A DNA stretch of 64,000 nucleotides from Lepidodermella squamata (taxonomy: Eukaryota; Animalia; Gastrotricha). A program made the position numbers and the translations under genes. This document shows, piece after piece, positions 1-12,119 of the stretch. Location: positions 4,650,001-4,714,000 of the forward strand of contig JBLDXI010000042.1 of NCBI GenBank assembly GCA_047495785.1. The letters are read 5' to 3'. A model generated the notes under the pieces. It searched no databases. It was not told where the DNA came from and worked only from the letters and a program-made list of their open reading frames with translations. Each line of letters begins with the position of its first letter. Position 1 is the first letter of the stretch.

Positions 1-3000
1 TCACAGCAAACACGCCTCGCTGGGCGCTGTTATCAAGCGCACTTCATACGCACAGTAGGGGCATTCCTGGCCGCAAAGTTTCGTGAAATGGAGCCCACTC
101 AAGTGAGGGCGCGCGCTCAGACAAGAGCAAACAAAGCTGCTGCTGTTCAACAAGCGCCACAGGTGCTGGCTGGCGATGAGGCGTCGAAGAATCACGCCCC
201 TCTTACGGCAGATAAGCCGATAAATGAAGCGAAAATCGGATGAAAATTTATTGCACGTACGGCCATGCCTGAAAAATTCCCACGTGTTGGAGTGAAAAAT
301 CGTGGCTAATAACAAATTGTGGTTGTTTAGCAAGACTTAGCTGGTACTTGTGCCTGCCTGTTGTAGGTATAATTCACGTTGAAAGAATGTGTGATAACCA
401 TCAATGTTTTGCGTGTTACGGCTACGCTATGCTAATTTTTGCGTGCGCATACCTGCGTGAACAGGGTGCGCAGACGGCGAAGGCGTGAAAATAAGGCCAA
501 TTTCACGCGGCGCGTGCACGCAAAGATGGTGGCGAGTGATTAATTCGCGCCAACAATTATTTAATTAAACTACAACAATTGAATCGGGATGCTTGCGCCG
601 TGCAACTCGAATTTTAATTACAACTTCCTGGGAAGACAGCTAGGTAATTCAATAAGTAATTCATGCATAACAATGTCATATCGAGTATTTTTTGCTACGA
701 TTCAGAATTGAGAGCGCGAAATTAGTAGGTCATATAAAATGCTTAAAATTATAAAAAAATAGCAATCATATTTTAAACTGGGTCGGGCCAGAATGCGTTT
801 TCAAAATTAAGAAAATTGAAATTTCCGAATTTCGAGGTTTTGGATTTTTTTTTCATATAATGCTAAATTAACGCTACTTTCTTAGGAATTATTCCAAAAT
901 TGTTTGACAAATAATCTAAAATTCTGAATCATTTATGAATTATGGAACAAGTAAAGCAACTTGGGAATTTCAAAATTTAAATTAGTAAATTTTTCAAAAA
1001 TTGGCCTGAGGAGGCTAAGAGGTCAAGATTTTTTTTCCAATGAACAAATTCTAAGAATTATACGAAAATCCTATATCAGCGAAAAATCGGATAATGACTA
1101 TATTTCAAATTCTTGGAGAAAAATGCTATCTGTTGCCGTTGCAAAGAAGCAACAGGTGTGTAGCGTCGTGTCACGGCGGGGCGGAAGTCGTGACAATTTC
1201 CTGACAAGACGCCGACAAGACGCACTGGTTTCCGGGCGCAAACCGCGCCGGGAAATGCTTTTGATGCGTTGCTGAACGAGAGGGCCGGAAAATGGCTAAC
1301 GAACTATGTTGACTATTCCAAAAATACCTCACTGACAAGATCGCGCGTGTAATAAATATACCACAGCATATACCTAAGAAAAAGAATTCGCACCGTCTTA
1401 TCTTGTACTTACTTATAGCTGAGTAATTGCAGCTGCGTTGTTCGCGTTGTTTGTTGTAGTCACCTTGCGCGCCGGGTATGCGGATGGATGCGACGCGCGC
1501 GCACTGTAAAAGACAACGCGCGCAAAAGAATGCGCGGAATGCGCGCAAATACCGCACATTGGGGTAATATTACCTGACGTTGTTTTACCTTCTTCACGCG
1601 ATGACAGCAATACCTATACCTACCCTGTAAATTAAAAACATTGCGCGTAAAATGACGACAAGTCTCGAGAGCCACTGCCTTCAGGCCTTAATAGATAGCT
1701 TCAAGTAGTAACAAATTGTTTGCGGAAAAATAGCTCAACCTAACCGTATATACCAAATATTGACCCCATACCTGTCTTGATGATAAAATGTGTTATACGG
1801 TAGCCGCGTGTTGTACGTATATGGAATAAAGTTGAAATTTAACCTGAGCCTGTGGCAAGATGCGGCTGCGGCTATCAAAACACAATCGCCGGGTTCTTGT
1901 TGCGCGCGGTTTGTTATTGTATTGTTAACAATGATAACAATTTGTCGACTAATTAGTCAGCTCGCTGCTTCTATCGCGGCCATTAGTCACTCTGCGTGCG
2001 TAGGTATAAACAAAGATATCTGCTAGTCTCAACAGTTTCTTGAAACGACTTGGAACCTCCCGCGTAAAATATATCAATTTGTCGTAAACTAGGTCATCGT
2101 GTAATTTTTCGCAATTACCTACCGTTATATCGCGGAAATAGCCGGAAACGGTTACTAATTGAGATAAAAAATGAGCCATACTCACTTATTCACCTGAGAA
2201 ATAGGGCAGTCTATTCATCATCCTGGGGAACACTAATTTAAAATGACACACCGGGTAAGATCTAATCATCGGAAAATTTCTCGAAATTGATATTTCCCGT
2301 TTCCCGAAATTATAAACGGAAAATAGCGGAACCACATTTCAACATTTCAAAATTCAAATTTTAATTATATTGTTCCAGAGAATTAGTAAAAAATTAGCTA
2401 ATCCGATATTTGAAATTTGGTTTCGAGGTAAGAAAAAGGTTTTCGCTTAAAATATGGGAAAATGTTTGCAATTCTACAACTAACTGCTCATTTTAATTCT
2501 ATTGAAGGGAGTACCTAATTCGTAGGGAAATGATCAATCGTTTTTTTATGTTTACGAGGATTACAAATTTTAAAGTACTTATTCATCCTAGGATTAGTAG
2601 AGAATTATTCAGTAAAATTCTGAAAAATTGTTTGCCCCTAATTATCATTAATGTGAGTAAGGAATGCAGAATACACCAAGCCCATGCCTAAAAACGTAAC
2701 GTACATGAATGGAATTCCGCTCACTTTGGCAACAGCACGCTAATACTACCCACATGCTCGGCATTTTTTCCAGAGATGAAATGTCAACGGCTCAAATTTC
2801 CAGCTGAAAAATGCGAGTTCATCGGAAATAGGATACTAGGAAATGTGATCGAATGGAATTAATTATAATAAGTGAAAAACGTTGCCGGTCTCATTGAGAA
2901 GTTTTCTTTATTCTGGAGTCATCATTTCAATTATTCAATAATACGAATGTGCGACTTTTCACGCCTGGGATTGAAGTTACATACTTCTTATTTACATCTT

Positions 3001-3654
3001 ATAGCTTTGCTTCACAGATATAATTGTGTCATCATGAGAAATATAGGTATGCCTAGGTTGAACATCGAACAAAAGCACACGGGTTAACGCACACATACAC
3101 GCACGACTATCTAGGTGTTTCATCTGATTTTCAATAATACAGGATCATCATGGAACACGCGGAAAAAAATCGAAAAATTTGCTGCACGATAATTATGTTA
3201 ATAAATCATTTTATTTGCAATATGAGCGCACAATTTAGATAGTTTTAAACTATAAATCTACTCCAATATATTCACCGAGGAAGGACAACGTCAGATAAGC
3301 ACTGCAGTTATTAACTTTTCGCTTCATCAAGTAAGAAATTGACCAAGACAAGAAGAGAGCGAGAGAAAGAGAGAATAAGAAAGAGAGACAAAAGATAGAG
3401 ATTTACTTTGAAAATTCATTTTCACCGCCTTCTTTTACACGTTTCTGTACAATAATTCTTCTGTTTTGTGTTTACAATAATCGGACAAGTAATAAAAGTT
3501 TTATTATTCAAAGCGAACGAACAGAAAAATCAATCAATCAATTTATGTGTTTGTTTGAAGTTATCGCCTATTTTTCGACCGGTTTTACGGATCACAAATA
3601 ACACCAGCTCATCATACTAGATAACGTATACACATGCAGTTTGTGTCTGCTTGC

Positions 3655-5337
3655 TCAGAATTTGAAGCCCTCAGTCGGGAATTTGGCGTTCGGGTCGAAC
3701 TGGTAGCCCGATTCCGTAGCCGCCGCGTTCGCCTCGTTGTTAAGTTCGACCTCGATCGTCTCCTGGCTGAAGTAACGATCGATAATATCGTAGGCCAACT
3801 TGTAAATCTCCTCGTTCGGGTGATTCTGCAGCTCCTCAATATCATCAACAGCGCCGCATTCCTCAATCAAACCAGTCACGCGCTCGAGCTCCTCAGTCTC
3901 AGTGCATTGTTTCAACATATTGCTGATGCCGTCGAGAACGACCTGGACCACTTGCGTATCTTTGGCTTTCAGAAGCGCGCAGAACGGAGCGATCACGCCG
4001 AGATTGATCGCATACATGACCTGCTTCTTATCACCACTGATGGTCAAGTTGCTGATAGCCCAAGCAGCTTCCTTTTGAGTTTGGAAGTCGCTCTGTAAAG
4101 GAAAACAACATTATGTGAAGATTCTATAATTCAAAGCTGAATCTTACCTTGGCTAGGTGGTGAATGATGTGAGGTAGCAGGCCCGCATCAAGAACGGCTT
4201 GAACCTGGTGCTGGTTGCCAGCGGTGATGTTGGACAAGAACCAGACAGCTTCTTTGTTGATACGCTCTTTGGTGTGCATCAGCAAGTTCGGCATGTGAGT
4301 GAGGGCTCCGCACTCGATAACAACCTGCGTTTGAGCATCCGTTCCTGTCACAATGTTGCCAACAGCTCGCAACGCAGCGGTCTGAACCTTGACTTCTTGA
4401 TGCGACAGCTTAGGAACAATCTTCGGAATAATGTTCGAGTCAATGACCATCTGGATAAGGTCGTTTCCTCCGTCAGTCAGGTAAGCCAACGCCCACATGG
4501 TATCGATAAGAACATTCGTGTCCGAATGGTCGATCAAGAAGTGGAAAGCAGGCAACAACAGGCGGACGATGGCCGGAGTCGGTGGTGGGTCCTTGTTACG
4601 GCAGATGTTGACCAGCACCCAGGTTACGTTACGCAGGAACGGGATAGGAATAGCCGAGAATACAAACTGAACCAATGGCTGGACAACGCCCAATGAGATG
4701 ACATAGTCGCGATAGTGAGGGCCATCGCCTGAGTAACACATGATTCAATCACAACCGAGTATGAGGCAATAATTCACTTACCGATAATGTTACCAAGCGC
4801 CCACACAGCTTGTTCGCAAACATTTTGATGAGGAGAGCTCAGCAATTGAACGAACAAAGGCACGGCCCCGGAGTCGACGACAGCCTTGGTCTGAGCTGAA
4901 TTGCCTGAAGCAATGTTAGTCAACGCCCAAGCAGCTTCGAACTGAAGAGTCGAGTTGTGGCTGATTTTTAGACATTCGACGAGAATCGGAAGAATGCCCG
5001 AGCGAATGAGCTCGTCAATGGGCGGATTGCGATCAGTCGACAGCAGCTTACGAGCGGCTTGAACAGCTTGAAGCTGCTCATCAGGGTTTCCCCTCGCAGC
5101 CTTCTCGACGATGACGTCAAGAGGCTGATTGATGAAGGAGGTGCGCTCACCCTCCTCGGAATCTGACTCATCCATGCCAGCGACTTCAGTTCGGCGCTTC
5201 GCATATTGCTCGTCGCGCTTGTTTTTACGAAGCGAAACGCTAAATTCGGTGCGTCGACGGCGCATCTCATCGGCGTCCTTCGACTTGTTCTTGTACATAC
5301 TGGCACGAACGGCCGTCGTCTCCAGGTTTTCCGTCAT
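3655..5337 (-). CDS. KPNA3: Importin subunit alpha (alpha-3/4 clade); 3 coding exons 5337-4782, 4728-4148, 4092-3655
   Basis: IBB domain ([19 protein letters not shown]), ARM repeats ([40 protein letters not shown]), C-terminal F-x-F; GT-AG introns 4729-4781 and 4093-4147 restore one frame. KPNA3 vs KPNA4 cannot be resolved. Confidence 0.95.
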
Positions 5338-6221
5338 TTTAAGAAGATTTCAACTTCTATAAGGAATCAAATTAATACTTGAAATACACATTCATTTCAA
5401 TGAGAGAGAAAAGGGGACGGAAGTTCGAAAAATCTTCGAGGCAAAGGTCGCAAGCACGCCTTCGGTTTACAAAAACCAACGGGAATCTAGGTAGCAACTG
5501 AGAGAGAGAGAAGTCTGAACTTGTCCGAAGGTAGCGATTCAAAACGGAAATTCTTACGATTGAAATTTTGAGAAAAAAAACTACTACAGACCATTGATGA
5601 GGTCGAATCAGGACTTCAAAAAGGTATGCGTCAGACGAGAAACAGCTGGTGATTCAAGGTGCGCCAAGCGCGCGTATTGCTGATTTTGAAGTATAATAAA
5701 TTATCAAGTTTACAGTTATCTTATTTAGCTTGCATGTAACATAAAGCTCTGCGTTTGTAATTTATTTTTATTTTTGCCTTTTGGGTTTTTGGCGCGCTGT
5801 TTTTTGTTTCAGTCGTTCTAGGTTCGTTTTTTGCCCTCGGCTAGCTTTTTGGCACATCTACCTGCTGAGAAGTCAGAGCTCTATTCAGGTAAGGTGAGCG
5901 ACCTATTCCTTTTGAGAACAGCCTTGATCTTTGAGCATCTACACCATTTTCTAAACCCAGAACTCTAGCAACGAGGGCAATTTTAGGAGTCAAAACCAAG
6001 GGTTATCTCATTTTTCACTGTCGCAACCCTGCTTATAGCCTGTCGGGTGAACTTTAAGTTTTCCCTTCAGATGGACCGCAAATTAGCAAGGCTTTAGGGC
6101 GTAGTATATTTCCGCTGGCTGCAATCGCTTGAAAAATACTGAAGTATTGACATTTCCGCTTCAACGTGCTCTTGTTATTTTTTGATATTATTTGTACACT
6201 GATCGCTTAGAAAGCCTTAAT

Positions 6222-6746
6222 ATGCCTCCCACAATTCGTCAAAATTATCACTTGGAATCAGAGGCTTGCATTAACAAGCAAATTAACATGGAGTTGCATG
6301 CTTCATATACGTATCTGTCAATGGCTAACCACTTCGATCGTGACGACGTCGCTCTTCCGGGCTTTGCCAAATTTTTCAAGCGTCAGTCTGACGAAGAACG
6401 CGAGCATGCTGAACTCTTAATGAGGTATCAGAACAAACGTGGAGGTTGTGTAGTGCTTCAGCAGATTGAGAATCCTGAGGTTGATGAGTGGGCTAACGGT
6501 TTAGCCGCAATGGAGTCCTCGCTGAAATTGGAGAAAGCCGTTAATAAGTCTCTTATTGAGCTACGTGCGATTGGCGATCGCCACGCTGACCCTCACCTCT
6601 GTGATTTTATCGAATCAACATTTTTGAATGAACAGGTGAGCTCAATCAAGTTGTTTTCAGACCACGTTGCAGCATTGAAGCGGGTTGGCCCTGGTATTGG
6701 TGAATACTTGTTTGACAAGCACACCCTCGGGGGAGGTTCCTGTTGA
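6222..6746 (+). CDS. Ferritin (cytosolic heavy-chain type), intronless
   Basis: IRQNYH...[55 protein letters not shown]; ferroxidase residues appear intact; ATG at 6222. Confidence 0.96.
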   Translation: MPPTIRQNYHLESEACINKQINMELHASYTYLSMANHFDRDDVALPGFAKFFKRQSDEEREHAELLMRYQNKRGGCVVLQQIENPEVDEWANGLAAMESSLKLEKAVNKSLIELRAIGDRHADPHLCDFIESTFLNEQVSSIKLFSDHVAALKRVGPGIGEYLFDKHTLGGGSC

Positions 6747-6874
6747 TTAAATTATCCACCAAGAGAAGCAGTGTTACGCGGTGTTGTGTTTGGATGATTT
6801 ATTTTCTTGCAAAACAATGTTGCTCAATTTTTATTTCACCATTTCTAGTGATGTAAATATATTTTAACCGCAGT

Positions 6875-9800
6875 ATGGCAGAAGAGGTAAAAAATCTGCT
6901 AGCTGAAGTTCAGCTAGAGAGCTTCTTCGTTAAAGTTCGGGACAATTTACTGGTTACACGCATTGAACACTTCGAAAGTGTGAAGGCTCAAGATTTACTG
7001 AAGATAGGAATGAGCAAACCTGCAATTCGCCGCTTGAAAAAAGCTCTTATCGATAGAAAAGGTTCTGCCAAGCCGGGCTTTCAAAAGGTAATAGTAGATG
7101 GTATTATGCAAAATTGGTGTTTTATATTTCTTCCTTTTTAGTTTTTAACTGCTGAGCGTCAAAATGATAGTAGTAAGCCGTCTCTAGCTTGTTTGATCAC
7201 CGAAAATGATCTCGAACTGGGAGAGAAATTGGGCGATGGATCATTTGGTGTTGTGCGAAAGGCCTTATGGAAGAAAACAAATCAGTATGTTGCAGTCAAG
7301 GTGCTTAAACGCGATTTGATCGCCTCAGACCAAGTGCTCGAAGACTTCATTCGCGAAGTAAACGTCATGTACCAACTCGACCATCGAAACCTGGTCAAAC
7401 TTCACGGCGTCTGCCTTGGACCACAGCATATGATGATAACCGAGCTGGCTCCATTCGGCGCTTTACTCGACTATCTTCATCAAAACCATTCGAAAATTTT
7501 GTTGTCTACTCTTCACTCCTATGCATTTCAACTAGCGTGTGCGATGGCGTACCTCGAGTCGAAATCTTTCATTCACCGCGACATTGCGTTGCGAAATATT
7601 TTTCTACTCACCCCGGAGCAGTTGAAGTTGGGCGATTTCGGGCTGGCGAGAGTGCTATCGCCGCAAAGTAACGTCTACATCATGGCACCTGATCGTAAGG
7701 TGCCTTATGCATGGTGCGCACCGGAAAGTTTGAAGCGGAGAGAATTCACCCATGCAGCTGATGCCTGGATGTATGCGGTCACTCTTTGGGAGCTGTTTTC
7801 ATTCGGCCTCGAGCCTTGGATGGGGTTGAACGGCGCGGAGATTTTGCACAAAATCGACATTGAGAACAAGCGATTAGACCGGCCCGAGTGTTGCCCTACC
7901 CAAATCTATCAAATGATGTTGCAATGCTGGCTGCCAGACCCAGATGATCGGCCTACATTTGCAGCGATTCACAATTTCCTATCAGAATCTCACCCAACTG
8001 AAATGAGAGTGAAGCAGTCGTTTTACGAACCGAGTGAGCCTCGAAAGTTACGCCTGGAACTGGACGATAAAGTGCTCATTGTCGATGGCCGGTCTGATAA
8101 AAGGTGGTGGTTTGGCCAAAATAAGCGAACTATGGCATTTGGTTACTTCCCTCGACCAGCCCTAGACCCGCAACGGCCCCTAACAGCTGCGGATATTAGC
8201 AAGCCGCTAGCTAGTACGTTTGTCCATATCGGCTCGGCTGATTCACCTGGTGGGGTGGAAAACGTGGCCCAAGTCCCTGATCAAATTTACGTCGACTCAT
8301 CCACCCTAACTTTGCGGCGAATTTCGCAAGAAGAGTCTACAACGTTGAACCCGACTTACTTGCCGTGTCGGAAATTGCCTACTCAGGCTAAAGTTATACC
8401 GGCTTTTAATGGCGTGAACAATCATCGGGCGACGCAGATTTATCCGGCGCAAAATCAGCAGCAAATTACGCAGAATTCGAGGCCGAAATCTGAAAGTTTC
8501 GCCGCGGATTCGAATCCGTTTGTTACGGATGTATTCATGCCAGAGCTATTCGCGCTTCCAAATGGCCGAGTGACACCACAGCCTAAGCAGCAGCAACAAA
8601 CACCTGCTATGCAAAAACCAACACAGCCTACACAGTCTACACGGCCTACACAACAGCAATTTTACCAGAAGCAGATAGCTCCTTTTTATGCTACTGCAGC
8701 AGTTCCAGCTTCAGCTGGTCGCGAAAGTCGGGCGCCATCCTTGATCGACCGATCGACTGCGCACTACGATTACTTGCCCCAGCCATTGTTGCCGACGCCG
8801 GATAAAAACGGGAATTCACCACCTAATAATGGTTAGTTATATTATGGTTACTCTCGGAATGAAAATTCATATCTTATGAGGCTAGAAAGTAATTTTGCTA
8901 CATGAGTTTGTACAGTTCTGTTGGGATGAAAAAACGTTGATGTGATCTGATAAGTATTTGAGGAGACAAAAGTGTATTTTCAAAATATTTGAAATTTAAT
9001 TTTGGATGAGAAAATGCAAGACTATAGAATGTCTTTTTTTAAATTCTAATGCCGGGTTTTTCCGCTAAATTATGGTTTTTTATAACAAGGCACATTCTAA
9101 TTCCACGCGTATTTTCAATTTTGCTTAGAAAATTCAAATTTTTTCTTGGAGCGTTAGCATTGTTTAAAAGACCTGATTGGCTTGGATTTTGAAAATATTC
9201 ACGTATACCAGCGCTTCACTTATGTTTATTCGATAAATTTTCAAGAAATATTCGCAACCTTATGAAATACCAACTGACTAGAGTGAATGATATGTTTATT
9301 AAATTTTCTCTTTGTTTCTCAGCTGGCTATGCTACCCAAACGCCATTAGCTACGTCGACTGATCCATTTTTTGTCGGTCAAGCTGTTCGAGATGTTCTAG
9401 CGAGTTTTTCAAACTCCCCGAAACCAACCAGCAGTAACGACAACTCGGTAAATCTACCGAGCCCAGGCGCCGAAAGCCGGTCGAGACGCAGCGCACCAGC
9501 CGACGGGCAACTGCCATTCGCCCCGCTGAGTCAACAACAACCTGTTGCTCTAACTCAACAACAACAAGTGGCTATTCAAGCAGCGCGAGTCGTGCCCGGC
9601 TACTCGGCGGCGGGCGATCTCGCGTCGCTGTCTAGCAACGCGTCGTTCGCTGCTCTCCACTCACAACTCTCGTCGCTATTCGCAGAACGCGGCCTGCGAG
9701 CGTCGAGTTCAGCCAACCAATTGCAGCAGCAACAGCAGCCACAAGCGCCTCTTCAACCAAGCACAGGGCTTGTCGTACGGCTACCCCCGCCTCAGCCCGT

Positions 9801-11213
9801 GGCTGGCGGTAGTAATGGCTCTTCGAGGCGAGTGACGCCGCAGTCGCAGAATTCGACCCCCGATTCGCACCGAATTTCGCCGGCTGTTGATGCCCAATTG
9901 CAACAGCAACAACAAGTTGCGAGTAGTAGGGTGCCTAATGCGACTACGGTGGTGCCGGTTCAGGTGCATAGGCCGGCTGTTGCGCAACAGCCGTTGTTGC
10001 CGGGTAATTATCGGACGGCGAAATTTCTCGAAATGGCCGCTCTATCTCCCACCCGTCAGCAGCAACAGTCTTCTAGTCAACCTGTAAGCAATTTATAATA
10101 AACGATAAAATATAAGTTATCTATTTCAAACAAAAAATAGTTTCATAAAAAATTGGGGTCGAATATAATTCCTAGAACTGAATTGAAACTTTTTGGATCA
10201 TGCTCATTTTTTTTCTCTATGGTTGGAACCTAAGTAGCCAAGCTAAATTATTGAAGGCAACAAAGGCATTTTGAATATCAAGACATTTACGGTTTTAGCG
10301 TCTAAAGAGGCCAGAATTATGATGGCGTTCTGCTCTTTTCACATCGAAAAACAGGGCTGGAGTGAATTTAAAAAATTTGTGGGAACCCTCTGTTAATGTG
10401 TGGTGGATTCTTAGAAATATTCATTTGTCTTGGCAAAATCCATTTCTCAAAAATTTCATTGAATTTGATTAAATAATCGAATCACAACAGTATTCACCTG
10501 AATCATCAAGGCTAAGCTGGAATTTTCAAGAAGCCTTTTACGGCATAATAAATATTGAAAATTAGACGCTGCTCTTGGAGAAATGTAAAATTAGGTCCAG
10601 GGAAATTTCGAAACCTTCATAAATGAAATTCTCAATGAAATATTTGTTTATTCCTTATTAGAGTAATATTTTTGAATAATTGATTAATAATTTGAAATTG
10701 ACGATTTTATCCTTGCTTTCCTCCGCTAATTGGCTACTCAATTTCAAAATCGTTATAGTTTTCCATGCATTTTTAACGTGCCAGTGCATGTCGTGTAGAA
10801 AAATAATTAGCAACGCGTGGATTAATATCTTTTTCATTACGAACCCGATGATGAATCAGCAGTGCCCACCTACTTTTTGTGATGACTCATTCACAGCTGA
10901 GTTTTTGTGTATCTATTCCCAGGGTGCTTCTACCAACAGCAACAACAGCAGCAATAATAATTCGAACAATAACAAGTCAAAGTACACTCGAAGCGAGGAT
11001 GTGTTGCAGCAACTTCGCGGCACGCTCGAACTCGCTCAGCAGCGGCGTCAGGAGGCTGAAAAAGTGCAAGTCACAGAGGACGCGGCCAAACTTCGCCATT
11101 TGATGTCGCTGGGCCTTGCCTCGGAGGAAGTTTGCCGGCTGTTGCTGTTGAAACATCACGGAAACATCGAAGCCGCCGGCTCTGAGCTTGCCGAGCGGGC
11201 GTGTAGGAACTGA
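6875..11213 (+). CDS. TNK2: Activated Cdc42 kinase (ACK) family tyrosine kinase; exons 6875-7087, 7142-8831, 9323-10083, 10923-11213
   Basis: N-terminal SAM-like domain, kinase (LGDGSFGVV, HRDIALRN, DFG, VPYAWCAPESL), SH3, CRIB-like ISKPLASTFVH, P/Q-rich region, C-terminal UBA-like domain; splice phases are consistent. Confidence 0.92.
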
Positions 11214-12119
11214 CAGCATTTCAAATTGAGAAATAAATTTTTTCTGCACGACGTGAGAATTTGTTTACTGAAAAAATCAGCCGAATTCAATCGATAGAGT
11301 TGGTGATTTCATGTTTTTCTTGTTCACAAGCTATTATTAATATCTTCAGCCATCTCATTTTCTACATCACAAACTATTTATTTTGGAATGAAAAAACCCA
11401 CCGATTAGGAGCACTAAATATTCAATAATAATTCACTACGGAACTTGGTTCCAACCTCTTATTCGCCTCGTTTTTTTGATAATAGTTTTTTCGAACGCAA
11501 ATGAACAACTTCAGTATTGTTGCGTCGCAAAAAATAAGAAATACTATATTTGCATTCTATATTAACGCGTTGTATATTCTCAAATAATTACGCATTTTTG
11601 AAAAAATTATGAATTTAGTTGAAATCAGCGCTCTTAGCCAGTAATTTATTGCGAATCAGATTCAGGCTATAACTCATTATTTGTTCATGAAAAACGGTTG
11701 ATTGTTGGCATCACTCAATCAAGCAAATGTTACTTTCGACTCGGCTCTGTTACTTTGCTCCTATTTTTAAACCTGCTGCTTGTCATTGAGTCTTATTATC
11801 ATTCGTGAAATTAGTTGGTAGCGTTAGATTTTTATTAATTGATTCAAGCTATAATCGACCAAATTTTGTATGCGATTCTTGAATTTACCTGTGACTTGAT
11901 TTCTAAAAGCGAACAAGAGACGAAAAAATAGGAGAATATATCGGCCTGAATTTCTTGTTTTTCTTACTTATTTGATGTAGCATTCATCCACTTGCTTTTC
12001 TAACCAGAGATCTTCGCGATAAACAATGTGCCTCTTACTGACGGAAATACAGATGAATAATAAAAAATTGAAGCTATAAAAAAATAAATTTTGCATCTGA
12101 TTTTTAGAATTTTTAAATC

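Noticed and set aside
1-3100. Short ORFs in the first 3 kb
   Set aside because: No domain similarity, mostly non-ATG starts, no consistent splice pattern; treated as intergenic or repeat-derived
3634-4696. Plus-strand ORFs of 154 and 165 aa
   Set aside because: Antisense shadows of the codon-biased importin-alpha exons
6153-6176. IRE-like sequence TTTCCGCTTCAACGTGCTCTTG upstream of ferritin
   Set aside because: Lacks the CAGUGN loop (reads CGTG), the upper stem does not pair fully, and it lies upstream of the likely acceptor AG at 6209-6210, so it is probably not in the mature mRNA
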